From Catajapyx aquilonaris (Eukaryota): 52,803 nt of DNA. A program made the translations under genes and the position numbers. Of the stretch, positions 1-14,702 are shown one piece after another (the first letter of the stretch is position 1; each line of letters begins with the position of its first letter). Where the stretch lies: NCBI GenBank assembly GCA_000934665.2, contig KZ537972.1, forward strand, positions 186,001 through 238,803, in the 5' to 3' direction. The notes beneath the pieces are model-generated. The model had not been told where the DNA came from and did no database searches. It was given only the letters and a program-made list of their open reading frames with translations.

Positions 1-2535
1 TCGGTTAGTACAGTAGGGCCTAGTATATTTTCACTGAGAAAGGGAAAGTGCATTGTGAGCTCAAATTGGGCAGAAACCTACATATAACTATTTCATTGAT
101 GTAAGTTAATAATAGTACAGGTTTAGCCCATTTAACAGCTGTTAATATTTTATTGAATAAGCGTGTTGCTAACTGTGAACAAGTTGTAGGTAATTAATGG
201 CGTAATCAAATATTACTCGAGCAATGTCCAGAGTATGGTCAGTCCTATTGATCACACTTATGCACTGTAACAGGTCAGTGTTACGGTTGAGTGTGTGAGA
301 GAGAGACACGAGCAAAATTACTTTGTGCACGTACTTGTCTGTCCTCTTTGAACGACTATTAGTCGGCAGACTTCCAATTTCGGGCGTGGCCCTTAACGCC
401 ACTCTCACATTAGATTTAGGGAGTAGAGCAACGAAGGCGTTGGCGTGTGTACCCTAAGTACTGCAAGAACGACGTCGTCATTGCCCAAATTCCAATGAGA
501 GCAGCGCAATTAGTCATTCCTGTCGCGGTGGGCACATGCGATAATTACGTCTTTATGGTGCGAAATAGCCAAACTTGAGCAGCTACCGACGTTAATTCTG
601 TCGATGTACTGTTGGAGTACCAGATGGCAACCTCACAATGGAAATGTCGTGAAGGTTTTGTTAGGTTAGGTTTTTGTTTTCAACATATCAGTAATATTTA
701 TTGATCAATGTTATCCGCTGTTAATGTGCACAGAAATCTCTCATTTTCGATTTGAGATATTTGATTTTCGAATCGGTTATCTTTCCAGCGCGAAATTATT
801 TCAATATCGATTTGCGGTATTGAAATCCTGATATCGCACAGCCTTCCGATTTTGGTTTATCCATACCCTATATAGATGGGCTAGAACTTCTGAATTTACG
901 TATTGGTTGGAGTGCACACAATGTGGTTTCAAATCCTGTAAACTTTGCCTGCATTTTGAGGCCTGAACAAGTAAACGTAGCTTAATCGCTGAGATTACCT
1001 AATATCGCAATGTAATTCAGACTGGTTCTGGGGAGACTGTGGAACACACCTGAGATTTAAGTCCGAAAACAAAACCGCAGCTTAGCAACCAAAGCTGCCT
1101 GCTAATCCTGGTTTTCATACTGTATTCCCTCCAGTCCACTCCCATGAAATATTAATTTCTATTAACTTTCCTTCCCACATCTTCCCATCTCAAAGGCTTC
1201 TAATATTTGTCGCCTTATTATTTTCATTTTTTCCCTCCCCCNCCCCCCCCCCCCCCCCCAACAACCCTTCTGCTTGATCCTCCCAAGGTATTTGCCAACT
1301 TTGATTGAGAAGAGAAGTGATTTCCTTCTCCCGAGGAGAGAGCTAACCAATACTTCGCACTTGGCAAACACTGCCAGGCTTTGGGATCAGGGATTCACTT
1401 AACGTCTGATCCTCTCTAGGTGATTTTAAATTAGTTATATACACATCCAGTAACCCATCATGCATTACAGGGATCGGTAGAAAACTTACACATTATTAGG
1501 ACCCTGTTTTTTTTGTAATAAAAAAAAAGTTGGTAGAAAATTGTTAATAAGCGTGTCATTATACGAACGGCGCTGTGATCAAGTTTGTGCTAAACTCATT
1601 TGTAGGTTATCTGCCAGTTTGAAGGGCAATTTATGATCACCAGGTGATCCAACCTGCATCGTATTTTCTTCTACCCTGTAATACCTTTGAAGCTTCAAAT
1701 AATTTATAAGGCCGCGACCTGTCGTAAATAATGTATTCGCATTGTCCTCCGACTTGGAAATCGATCAGAAGCTGCGGTTAGATTTCCACTGGGTGACCAT
1801 ACAAGAGATATATACTGTATACACGCTGGCCCTTTAATAAAAAAAATAACAAAGCGTGTAATAATTAGAGCAGTCGTAAATAATAGCAGCCACTTGTGAA
1901 TAATAAACCTTTACTGCATTCTAGCATGCAAAATGTGTCGTATTGCCCAGGAAAAATATGAAAACAAAAGGGACCCCCTTTGCATGAATTATATAGAGTA
2001 AGCCGTATGATGTGGAGTCAAAACAAAGAGTGACGTAACTGTACCAAACTGTGACACTCGACCTTTTAGGATACGCCGCCGGTCCATCGGGCTTAGTGAT
2101 CCAAGCTGACCAATAAATCCAAAAGTGGACATTTTTTGTGTGCATTTTATGGCGATTCTTGTAGCCATTTTACTTGCTATTAAATGATTGACTGAGGTTT
2201 TTACTTTCCGGGGTCTGCGGTGCACCATTGCGGTCAGTAAACTGGCAAGGTAATGACGTTTGCCTATTTTTGTAATACTGGTACGGAAAAGAGGGCGCAA
2301 TCGATATGCCATGTGCTTTTATGTTACCTGGACCTGTACTGAACTTGTAATGTCAGCTGAAATTGTTGCACACTCCAGTCAAAAAAAAAATCTGCGTGCA
2401 TTTCCCCTCTGAGATATGTAGTAAAGTGTGCTTAAAATTTTAAAGAACCGCTTCCCAAAGAGGGGAATTATGGAGCATGCAGCTGGTGCGGTCAAGGCAT
2501 ATACTGTAGAGTGAATGTAGCAATTGCTTACAGTG

Positions 2536-2579
2536 NNNNNNNNNNNNNNNNNNNNNNNNNNNNNNNNNNNNNNNNNNNN
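2536..2579. other. Assembly gap
   Basis: Run of N. Confidence 0.99.
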
Positions 2580-5087
2580 TTCTAACATTTATTACATGTG
2601 CTGAAATCTAAGCTGCTACTTTAACAGTTTAAGTACAGTACTTGAATGCTTCCAGCAATTTATGTTGCTTATAACTGATTGCGTTTATTAATTTGAATTA
2701 ATTGATATTTCCACTGCAATTTCCTAGAAAAAGTCCAAATTGCGTGTAATCCTCGTTAAAAAAAACCCTTTTGTTTGCGACACGAACATACACGCCTCCA
2801 ACCTTGCAAGTGTATGTACAGTGTCCAGGTGAACACTCAAGGGCTTTGCACCTGTATGCCCACTATACAATCCGATATTCCATGCAAAATTGTGTCGATT
2901 TTTCCATGCAATAAAAATCAACTAGGGCGAAAATTCATTACTTGGAGTAAACAAACTCGAATTTTTGGAGTGGTGATGGACCAGCTTTTTTGGGGGGGGA
3001 GCACTGCATTCCTTTGACGAGGAATTTGCATCGGGCCACCGGGTCTGCTGGAAAGCGGTGCATGTCATCATTTGAAATTCAATGTCAGCTTTTGAGTCCG
3101 AAGCGTGTGCTGCTAGGGAAGGGGGGGGGGGGGTTCCCGAAAAGAGGACACTTTCTGGTGGTCGCAGACTCTGCTGTTGGAAAGAGATAATATTCTTCAT
3201 ATCCCATCCGTAAGGCCTATATAGGAAAAGGTAGGCAGGAAAGTTGTGTCGTGTCAGCTTCATTTCTAAACTTAGCTCCTCGGGGTGAGGCGTAATCGAT
3301 AGGTGAGGGCCTTTCAAGCAAAGTTTGCTTCCTACAGAGCACTTAATCACATCACTGGGACGTCTAGATACAAAATCAGACTGGTTCAAACGTGTCCTTT
3401 TGCTCTCATGCTGATTCCCCTCCCTATGACAGCCTACGCATTATTTTTCTCCAAGAAAACTGTTTCTAATTTCTGGACCCTTTGTGAGACGAGCGAGACT
3501 AATGAGGCCGATTCTGAAAATCTTGACGTTAACATCGGACCAAGAAGCGATAGTAAATTAGGTTGCACAGTCGCCGGTTAGGGTGTAATCCAATCATAGC
3601 AGTAAAGATGGCGGCAAAATATATGCCGCCAAAGGGTTTCAAACTTCTTGGAATCGGGCGCCTGATTGTGATTAATTTAACTTACGTATCATATGTAGGA
3701 CGTGGAATAATTGGAACCAATTAGCTTAATTAACGGGAATCATTTGACACTGTTTGGGTCGTGCTAATCGTGCCTATGGTCCAATGATGCGGATTAATTA
3801 CTGTTGCTTATTATTGTACAGGGTGATGTCCACTCGGTTCACAGAGGCTACTGCACTGTTTGAGTGAAATACCGGTGCCCAAAAAATGGATCAAATTGAT
3901 CCGGATACGATGATGTCGCCTTCCTTATTGGAAACTCCCACACACTCCAACAGCACCTTCTCACTTTCTCGGCCCTTTTCAAACGTGCCCTGTTTCCATG
4001 ACGACACTAACTTTTTACCACACCCTGGCAGAGTGTCTCACAGGGTGCTCCACAAGTATGTAGTAAAAAGGTTGTGGCTTATTCGGATGTCCCCATAAAT
4101 GCTTTTAAAAGCGTTTGATACAACAGATCATAAGAAGATTAATTAGGTGCATTGTGACGGAGAGTGACGTGTATTGGCTGGCGATGTGTGACGCTCGTGG
4201 GAAATTGCAGGGCATGAAATACGTTCTTGGAGGAAGAGAGGGGGACCAATTAATTATTTCTTACGCCAATCCTACCAATCACTGCTCGCGAGCAGCCAAA
4301 CGGTTTCGCGGCTGAGTGGCCCAGAAAGCTCTTGTACGGTCTGTAGGCTGGGATTCTCTTCATTTGCATAATTAGTAATGCATAGCTCTTTTGTGCAATA
4401 GCATGCGCAATCACAAGAGGCTAAAGTTGAGGATGTCAGTGTGTGGGAGGTTTACATGCAAGACAAACTTCCAGGGGTGAACTTGTAGACATCATTTTGT
4501 TCTCTATCGTTAGAGATAATTAACACCAATCAAACATATTTGGTTCACTTTGCTCAATTTTGGCCTGATTCGTGCATCACAACTGACATTGACTTGTCCT
4601 TGTTATATCAGTAAATATTTGTGTTCGTGATAATTACCTTGATCAATCGTCATTTTATGTCCAGGTGTTATAGTTGGTCGATCTACCCACGGTACCTGGA
4701 TTAATAGTCTTCACTCATGAGATACAGACTATCCTACTACACGCGATCATGTTTATTTAATTTAAAACAGAAAGTGCTCCCATGCATTTAAAAAAAAGTG
4801 TAAACCCAACATTACACCTGTTTAAAACTTTTCATTTTCTGGCATTAAATTTCTGGTAGCCAGGGTATATTATGTTAATCGTTTTATTTGCACCAGCAAA
4901 ACTTTTCTATACTATATCGATATGCAACTACTATAAGGATATGTTGTTGCAATAATGATTCACCGTACATGAGAACAGTTTTGAGAAAAATTGCTTTGAA
5001 TGTCAATGTCACCTGTGAAATTTCATTCAGTGTCCTTTTCGGTCATTTATGGCAGAAGTTTCGATATATTGATTTTATCTGAATTAA

Positions 5088-5504
5088 GGGACACCCCACT
5101 CAAAAAACAAGTTTGGCTCTAAAAATCGGGCAAAAAATCCTGAATCCGACGGTGCAATTCGTTTTTCGCTACGCGGAACGGTAATCCAAGGGCTAGGTGT
5201 CAAAGTGTGTCATCTGCTAATGAGCGGCGCCGCCACGCGGGGAACAGGGAACTGGAGGCCTGCACAGCTCTGGGATGGACCTAAGCGCGCCGGCAGGCGG
5301 GAGCAGCCCTCCAGTTCCCAAGGTCCCGAGGGCGTCGCTGGCGGATGTCCAGCTTATTCTAGCGCACTATATTTGAATTTTTCCACTTTGACCCCTCTCC
5401 CTGGGACTACCGTTCCACGTACCGAAAAACGGATTGCACCTTCGGATTCGGGATTTTTTGCCCGATGTTTAGAGCAAACTTGTTTTTTTGAGTGGAGTGT
5501 CCCT
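5088..5504. mobile_element. MITE with ~120-bp TIRs and TTAA target (Kolobok/T2-like)
   Basis: ttaa-GGGACACCCCACTCAAAAAACAAGTTT...AAACTTGTTTTTTTGAGTGGAGTGTCCCT-ttaa; inverted similarity runs about 5088-5206 versus 5383-5504; internal inverted pair GGGAACTGGAGG/CCTCCAGTTCCC. Confidence 0.88.
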
Positions 5505-8500
5505 TTAAGGACCCTTTGGGTATGTTCCTCAATTTTGACATATTTGTGGGTTGACACATTATTGCAAACACCGTCCATTTATAGATTGGTATGTCGTACC
5601 TGGTAACCACACAAAGTTTAAACAGTTTCTGTACTTCATTACTCCATGTTTTTCGAGGATGCAACCTCAGTGAAACGAGGCCATATTAACACTCCCTCTC
5701 ACCATATAAACGGGCGACACATTGCTAAAACGTGTCAGCTCCCTGGTTGTTAATACAGTTTTCCCCGCACATGAACTTGTGCATTATCACGCACTGTGCC
5801 ATTTTCCAGCCTTGCCTGGAAAGTACGAAGCTTAAAGAAGGCGCCTCAAGCACTCTGGAGATTACCAACCAGCAAGGGATGGAAAACTTTCTTATATGCC
5901 TCAGCTTTTATTTTCTTCTCAGGGTCCTCACTTTTCTGCAGATAAAATTGACTGTGTTTACCCCCCCCCCCCCCNCCCCCCCCCCTACATTGTCACCCTT
6001 CATGAGGGTTCAGGAAGAGCTTACACCCACGGCTTTCATTTCCTAAAGCGGCCCAAATCTCTGTGATTATTCTCCACGTGACTCCCATGCCTAATGGAGC
6101 AACCTACTTGTGTTATTGAAACTTTTTCTGTGGTTTTCTTGTACCAATCTATTTTTTTCTGAGGTAGGAAAAAAGGTAACACAATGTGGAGCCCTCCTTC
6201 GTAGTCATGGCAACAAAAGGAAGATGGGGGAGGTAGAGCTTAGAAATAGTGACCGAGTTGAGAAGAATCTCATGAATCTTGAGAAGTCTTCTGTAAGATC
6301 CCCAGGCCTGGAGACAGGGCTATATTTTTCACTTGAGGGTTTTTTTTTCTGTATCCAAGCCTGACGCTGTGGGGCTGTTTGGGGACCGACTGGGGTGTAA
6401 TAATCACAAAAGCCTAAAGTGACACTTGATCACACTCAGTTAAACAGGCTGAAGCTGCCTGGCGGGCGAAAAAACGCGGCTATAACGAGGGAAGCTTTCG
6501 GAATAAATTGCCTGGGATGTTCTCGGCTATATTCACAGTGGCAAGGTTAGAGACGTCAGGGAACGAGTTAATTGTTAGGGAGGAAATGGCGTCAAAAAAG
6601 TATGATGGAAGGGGGAATTATTGCGGGTAATTACACCGCAAGTATAGATAGGAGAGTGTTACAGAATTATTGCAGTAATTGGTTGGAAAGAGATATATTT
6701 TGTGAGAGAAATACACTCGAAAAGTGAGCCATATTTTTCTAAATTGAGTCGGGTAATAATTGCATCGGTAATAATTCATTAAAGTAGTTCATCAATAATT
6801 ACTGGGTGTTAGGCTGGGGTGCTAAACATAACACCATTGTGCCAATATGATAGGTGTAAAATGTTCTGAGTTAATAATTGAGTAGGCCCTATGCAAGTTT
6901 CATTTGCATGATTTGTTGTTTACTGCACAATGAGCTGTTTAACTGCAATTGACATGCTATTTCCCTGTGAATACTGTATAAGTCAATTGCATTATTAAGC
7001 ATGCTTATGGGCTGTATTATCATCATCATCATTATTATCATTATTAAGTCATATATATAGACTACTAAACAATCATAAAATGTAGTACATGATAAAAGTA
7101 TGTACAGTTTGTGCGTATGTAAAGCTGCTGATTAGTGGGTAATAATTTAATGATCACTTGATGAAATGGTGAAAGTCACCTTATATATAGACAATGGTTA
7201 AATTCGAGAAAAATAAATTCAAATTATGTTAAAAGGCACTCCACATATTTACCCAACGGCTGATACAAAAGCAACTAGATTATTGAGGCTGCAGCTGAGA
7301 CCATCGATCCTTGCACGCGTTTCTTCTTCACAATCCGGCAAAAGGACCCGGTCTATTTGCTCTCCAAGGGATTAAACACTAATAACGTCAACCACTCGGA
7401 TTAAACTTCTGTAGTACCGTATCTCAAAGGGAAGAACGCGACAATAGCACTAGAGCCACCTGCAATCCCCGGAAAGCTGGGAACTCATGATAAAGCTCGG
7501 GAATTCAAATTTAGCACCTTTTTTTTTCTTTTCAAAAAAGCTCTTCCTCTACTCAACTCACCTGCTTTCCAATCTCGCCCAGAACTAATCTAGCCCAAGA
7601 AAATTGTGTCTCGGGAGGTCAAAGAGTTCCTTCTGATCCTCGCTATCATCAAGTAGTAAAAACAGCACACGAAATAGCGTGTGCAATGCTCGATCATAAA
7701 AATAAACCTGGTAACCAAAGTGAAAGAAATAAGTGTGTCACCCATACAAAACAACCCTGGTGAAGGTTTAATCGAAGAAATTCGAGCATGGTTTTCTACT
7801 TGGAAAAGGAAAAGAGTATTCTATTCCATAGAGTCTCGTTTCCAAACCGTATTTTTTGGTCTAAAGTAAAAAAAAATAGAAGATTCGCATCTGAAGAAGC
7901 CTGGTCGAACAGGAAAACCTTTTGGGACGCAGAGTGGACAACTTCTATATGACCAACTTCAAGGTTTTCCAACAAGAAAAAACCTTGCTGAAATTGGGCA
8001 AAAAAAAATGCAAAATCCACAAGCATTTTTGAATATTTTTGAAACCGATGTTGCAGTTGATTGCATTTCAGGAGCTGACACTAATTGGGACCGTCTGCAG
8101 ATAGACTTGTGCAGGAAAACATGGGAGCTGATCGATACCGTATTCTAAACAGGGTAGATTGCGAATATAAAAAAAGTGACCTTTTAATCTCCCAGGCATG
8201 GCAACAGGTCTCTCAAACTCCTGAAGATTTTTTCGGTCAGAAAATCGGAATTGGATCGACCAATGAAAGCTGTTTCCACAACCGTAGAGTGAACTCGTGA
8301 ATCCGGATTTTCTTTTCACAGGGCTCGCAAAAAAAAATTGCAACACTGTGTAAAAACGGTTTTGCAAATTCCAGGCTCCAATGTAAACAATTCCAGCAAC
8401 GTCCTGAAATATTCACATGGCCATCTCATGTGGCTGCCAAATTGCTCATTTACACTGTGTACACGCTGCACATAGCAAACACCCAGCCAATTAAGCAATT

Positions 8501-11500
8501 AACAACACTGGTTGTCGCCAAATTTTTTGGGGGGGATTTGACCTACTGGCACACAATTGAAGCGGGATGAGCCACTGTCTACTAAACTTAATTGAGTTGT
8601 AAATAAGTTAACACCCTGATGGTTTATTCAACGCAAAAATTCATGCGTATGAATTTTAAAGTCGAGCTGAGCACTGAGACACAAACTGACGGAAATGAAA
8701 CCGTAAATAAATTATTTTCCCCAATGTCTGAATATCGGATGTGACGTCACACATTGATTTTCCAACCCGCACCTGTTGATCCGTTTATTATTTTTGTCAC
8801 ATATGCAATTTTTGATATGGTTTTTTTTTTTACGTAATACAAAAAACGTGTGCCTACCTGTTGGATCGCATGTGTGGTAATATGTCGACGTTGTCAGTTG
8901 GGTGAACTAGATCCAACTGGCAGTTGAGCGGGAACGTAAGGCAGGAAAAGTCGGCTGACGAAAACACAACGGCGCCGACTCCAATCTCACCAGATTCGAT
9001 CATTTTCACCGAACGGGCCATATGGAAAGCACTTTCTAATAGACACACTTTTTAGGCTCGAGTTTAACTCCAAATGAGTCATTAAAAATCCTCTCAAAAA
9101 TCCCAACCATTTGCAATCAGGCTATATGTATAGAGAGAGAGGTTATATTTGAAGGGACAAAAAAATGGTGTAAAATCCGGATCTGGAAAAGCTTTTTGGG
9201 GGAATACCAACCCTTCTGGATCAAAGGTCAGTGCTAATGGTATTTTCTGACGAGGTCGCGAGAGGTCGGGGTCTTAAAGATAGAACCTTAAGAGCCAGGT
9301 TTTTTTTTAAACTACCCGAAGAAGAAAGTGTTCGGATTGATAAGTTCATTGCTGTCCTTCAGAAAAAATACATAAAATAATAATCGACAAGTTGAACCAA
9401 TAATCGATAGCTAGAAGCCTACCGGTTGTGGGAAAAAAAGGTAGCTTTGAGAACACAAAAAAGCTAATGAAATTACCCTGCCTTTTATGTGGACCCACAT
9501 TTTAATTAGCCTATTCCTGATTGAACGTTAAAAAATTTGAAAAAGCTCACTGTTTGATATGTACTTTTTTATATAGTCAACGTTAAGAGGTTGATTTGGC
9601 AGCTGTTCCGACGAGAATCTCTGATCGATTTGAGCTCATATAGAGCTGTCTATATATAGGTGCTCACAAATCTTAATTTGATTCGCCTTCTTCTTATTCA
9701 CTATTGCATCCTCGTTTTGCTATCAACTCAGAAGGAGCTTAAATCCTCCTCTTTTTTTGGGGGCTGAATCCTGTTTGATCCAATCGGGATGTACGGTATA
9801 GTATCCACCTTCACACCGATATACAATAGGAGGACAACACGCGAGTTGCGTAATGCCATTAGCGACGTGCACTGGCCATTAGTGAGAACCTGGACACGAA
9901 TAGGATACATTAACAAATGATGGCGTTTCTTCGATTTGTCAATAAAGCTTGGCGTTACTGTTTTTTTTAAAGGAACTATTGCAGGGGCGACAATTGAGCG
10001 ATTGAAAAATTAGTTTCTCGAAGAGAGTCTATATGAATTATCCAATAGGCGATGCTTTCACTATTATTAAAGCTTCACAATACTTCTTATCAGCAACTGT
10101 TTTCATTAGTGTGAAAAAGCCATTATCGGAGCCATACAGGAGGCTGCACTACGGCTAAAGTAGTTTCACATTTCTTCATCATAAAAACAACAATCGCAGG
10201 TTGGCTGTAATCAAAGCATACAAAATGTATGTACTTATTTTTTATATAGTTCTAAGTTATTTAGATTTTCATTTTCAAGATCCCAACAATTTTATAGCCT
10301 GCCGGGACTTCTTCAAGCTTATTTACTAAGCAAACGTAACCCGAGAAGGCAAAAAGGTTACCCCTTATTGATACGGTATCCTGTGTAAATACGGATGTAA
10401 ACGGCTCTTATGGAAACTTTCACGTGTTGCCGAGCACATTCGGGGCTGTAACATCACAAGCTGACCTTTATTCCGAAGGACTGTGTTTATCCTTGGAGGC
10501 CCAACCACAACCGCATCCTTATCCCACCCTCAGTGTCAAATCCCACAATCCAATTTCTTGTTCTCAGGTCGCAAAATATGTCTTCAGGGTTCTCACTCCT
10601 GTGCTGACTATGATATCATCAGAATTTGTAAGAATGGTTTTTAAAAGTGAAGTCGGTCTACTGAGTGGAAGACTAGTTACTGGTGGTACAGTACAAGTCA
10701 CAAGCAACAATCATGTCCATATACTTTTTACGATTCATGCTGTTGGCGTCAACAACACTGGACAATTTCCCATACCACTCACTTGACTAGTGCTGTACCG
10801 CTTGGACTATTCGCCACCATGTCATGTACAGAATTAAACGGATTTAACTCATTTGATATTTAAAGTGTGCTGTGGCAACAGTGAAGGTTAGATTGGTCAG
10901 GGAGTTGGCCTTTTGCCAACAAAACGAATGCTGGGCGTTCCTTTCCCCCATCTACTTTAAACACGCAGAGCATTTTTGGGATAAAAGATGGAAAGGTGCC
11001 ATAACGGATGTATATGCCCAACCAACAACAACAACAACAACAGAAATGATTGAACACTAATATTGTTCCAATTAGTCATTAACTCATTATTTTTGAACTG
11101 ATGTACGTATACCATTGTGACAACGATGAAAACCGGACGCAATAATTCGATTGACAATGAAGTTCATTCTCGTCGAGGCAATGAGGAATGAGGTTTTAAT
11201 GCCTCTTTGAAATGTCGATGCAGAGTCCAATGACCTGTTGGGAAACGGTTTATTCAAACGGTCATTTTTCACGAGACTGACGGACACTATATCTGTGTCA
11301 TTCGATCGTATTTTTTTCAATTTCATAAAGATTCTTTGTGTATGTATCTTCTTTTAATTGGCCAATTTTTTTTATTCCACATCTAATTAATCTGAATACA
11401 AACGCACACAAAGAAATAAATATTTTAACTATATATCTTGTTGACTAAGACTTTAATCATAATATTATGCGTAATGAGTCGATTTAGAGTAGTATTCCAC

Positions 11501-14489
11501 ATGCAGAGTAATCATATTTATGCTATTAAGTGCATGTTTAGGGTAAGATGTACAGTACAAATGTTAGCCTACATACACCTAAACACAGGCAGCAACCACC
11601 CACGCAACCGTCGCGTCGGCTGGCAGATTACCTCATTCATATGGTGGTTGCTTAGGGACCAGGATTTGAGCATGGTAATAATTGTATGCAAAATCTCAAT
11701 TCAAGGCTGCATCCTGCACAGTAATTAGGGTTCCATTGGCATCGCTGCTGTCCAGGCAACCACAACTCGTTCCCTACCGACAGTTGAATTGGGCGTTGTC
11801 TGCTGTTGTTATTATGGGTACGCCATTGCACAGTACGTCGTTGGTGGTTGGGTCTTTCAAATTCAAACCTTTCCATTTTAGACTTGTGTAGGGTCTGATA
11901 GAACAGCAATATTTTGACCCCTAGATGTTAAACATGTCTATACATATGGGCAACGTTCTCCCACTTACCTTTTGTGAAAAAAAGGACCCATGATTCTAAA
12001 ACCCAACACTTCAGCAGCATTGTGTGGTGTTAATGGCTTTTTTTCCATTCAACTGATATAAACTTAGTGTGGCAGTCAAAGCACTGCAGCGCTATAGAAG
12101 CACACAAAGTTTGTTGCTTCCGTAAAAAAAAAGGCATTGCATATACTATACCTTTTTGACTACACACCACAAAAGAAACCTTCAAAGGGAAAACCCACGC
12201 CGTCAATTTTGCCGCTTCTTATTAGGCTACGTGTCCTGCTACCACAATGACGTCTGTTTTTTAAAAATAAAAAAAATTGATATGCGCATGTTGCTCTCGG
12301 ACATTCTTTGCAGACTGAAACTGATATTCCGTCGAGTTCACACAACCACAACATTTGGCGGTAGGAGCTGCTAATGACTTTCGTAATAATTATTAAGGGC
12401 TCGCCTGCTTAATTAAGAATAAGCACTGTATGAAAATGGCGTCATTAGCTATGAAGGAATGCAAAGGCAGACAGAGAAAATTCCAGATTTTTCTTATTCA
12501 CATAAGACAAAAGCGGTCAATAAAAAGAGAACGTCAAGTGATATTGGCATGATATTGGATGAACAGATAACAAAGAAAGGAATGGAAGCTCTTTCATTAC
12601 GTACCATTTGGCCGATACCATCCGATACCGAACAAAGATCGAGTTGCCAGTCCGATTAGTGAACCATCACTCCACAGCACTTTGCATCGATTCGGTTGAA
12701 ATTGGACAAACATGGTAGAAATTACTGATCTTTCAGCCACTATCATTGCCTAGTTACTGAAAGGGCAAACCCTAGAGTCTGTGACCTGTGATGGTTACAT
12801 GTCACGTTTCTTGGAGGATGTGGGCTCCACCCAATTTCAAAGAATTGGGATAGATGACCCAACATTTTACGTTGGGACATACTTGTTGAACTGTGTGCTG
12901 ACATGATATATTGTCCCTTACTCTAAGGTGTCTAAGATGTGTCTTGATTCAGCAACTGAGCTCCCTTCTCAATTACGTAACTTATTACACCTAATTACCA
13001 GTTAACGCCACTCACGGAGTATTAATTAACCAAATACGTCTGTACTTACGTAACTGTTGATATATTCACCAAAAATATCCAGATTGACTCTTTCACTATG
13101 AAGAACACGTACTTGCTCATCGATTGTAATTTAATTCCAACAGATATGGCTTCAGCGTCGCAAATTTTTATTAGAAATTCACTTTCACAACAACTTTTGA
13201 CTGCATTTTACAGCATACCGTACACTCCGTCCTAACAAACTTTGGGGTAACTAGCTTGTTAATTCAGGGGGTAATTATCTTGCATGTTTTGAGGGTCCCT
13301 TGGAGAATTCCGCTTTGAGAGAGCTCCAGCCAGGTTATAAGGCACCCCAGTTATTAAATATTCCGGTGTAAAATACTCCCTCCTATTAAGACCCCTGCCT
13401 ATCATAATTTTGCTCTTCAGACGACGAGGTTAGCCCCCCCTCCCNAAAAACAGGTTCTAAACCGCTATTTCAATTTGCAATGCTTGAGTCAGAGGTCTTT
13501 GAGGCTATATACCGGTAATGGAATAGGAAATGAGAGCTGATAGGTCCTATACCTAGTTCCAACTAGTTTTTAATGCAAACTTTAGCATCTAGCAACCGGA
13601 AGCTTCACCACAGAAACAGTCTCCAAACCACAGGGCGCCTTGGATAACCCAATTCCCTGAAGAAATTGTCCACATAATTTTCGCATGTAAAGGATGTCTA
13701 CAGTACATGGCATGATACAACCCAACCAACTATAGTAATGAACATTGTCATTTTGGGAATCGGTACCCCTTGAAGGCTGCAACCAACATGACCTTTGTGC
13801 TCTGCCAAGATGCCTAAGGCTTTGCGTCGCCTAATGATTAAGACATAATGGGGGTGAAGGAAAGTGACATAAATGCGGCCTGGGGTAAGATGAGTTGCTA
13901 GAGGAAAATCCAATTCCTGGAGGTGTCTCCTGGAGTTGACAGGCCGCGAAGATCCTTATTCGGAACACGGCATCTTGTGGCGGTCTTCCGACATGCCAGA
14001 AAGGATTAAAGTCCAACTGGGAGAAAAAGTCAAAAGGCTGGAAAAGGCAGAGTCTTCACTAAAAATATACTTTATTACATAAAAGGCGCAGAGACAAACT
14101 CCGTTATTATATTATTTTTTTATCGTGACAGGTTGTTTTTTTTTACGTATACGGTCACTGCGCAGTAAAAATAGTTTGCTACACGTTTCAAGCAAAAATC
14201 ACAAGGCGGACTTTGAGAACTGAGGATTTGCTAATTCGGATTGGGGGAACAGAAAACTGTTTAGGATATTTTTCAAACAAACTAAAAAAAAATTACAAGC
14301 GTTTTTTTTACACGGTATGTACAGTACACCGCTGACCTATAGAGTAACATTCCACTTGGTATGTCGCTGGTATTAGGGGAGAGTGAGTGTGACATCAATA
14401 TTACGTACTGTTTTTAAAGTGACAGCAAATTGTAGAGGCAAAAAATATTTTTTAAACATTATTTTACGCAAAAGTAAACAAATTATATT

Positions 14490-14702
14490 CTCTCTGAATT
14501 ATTTTGAGTGGTTTTCACTCTTGCACTTCAAATAGCGCACAATGTCATCGGATTCAACTAACTCAACTGTTACGGATTAATTTATGTCAATTGTGTGAAT
14601 TGAAATAAAATATGACTCAAGGATCAGTGCTATATGTTAAATGTAGGAAAGGGCGAAAAATACTCAAATTGAGCATAAAGCCACTCAAAATTATTCAGAG
14701 AG
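14490..14702. mobile_element. Old MITE / inverted-repeat element
   Basis: CTCTCTGAATTATTTTGAGTGGTTT versus AAAGCCACTCAAAATTATTCAGAGAG (~25-bp inverted repeat). Confidence 0.6.

Larger units (their letters stand above)
1989..14020 (-). pseudogene. Possible heavily decayed LDLa/LRR-containing GPCR (GRL101 / LGR type C-like)
   Basis: Hand-translated broken fragments fall in the expected order: VLWSDGSLIG (12.6-12.7k), CLDENELHCQSNYCV (11.15k), CPPIVYRCEGGY (9.8k), LFDLPRHNFLGL (7.6k), WAALGN (6.05k), KVFHPLLVGNL (5.87k), LTSRFSESASLVSLV (3.5k), KMATRIAI and VTVWYSYVTLCFDSTSYGLLY (2.0-2.17k). Several have plausible splice sites. Each match alone is weak and the limits are approximate. Confidence 0.35.

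Noticed and set aside
3008..3060. Similarity to 17278-17330 (both translate NLHRATG)
   Set aside because: Short and degenerate; at best old copies of one repeat, and could not be extended by eye.
5205..5664. Overlapping ORFs near 5.2-5.7 kb
   Set aside because: They lie within the GC-rich non-autonomous MITE; no transposase motifs.
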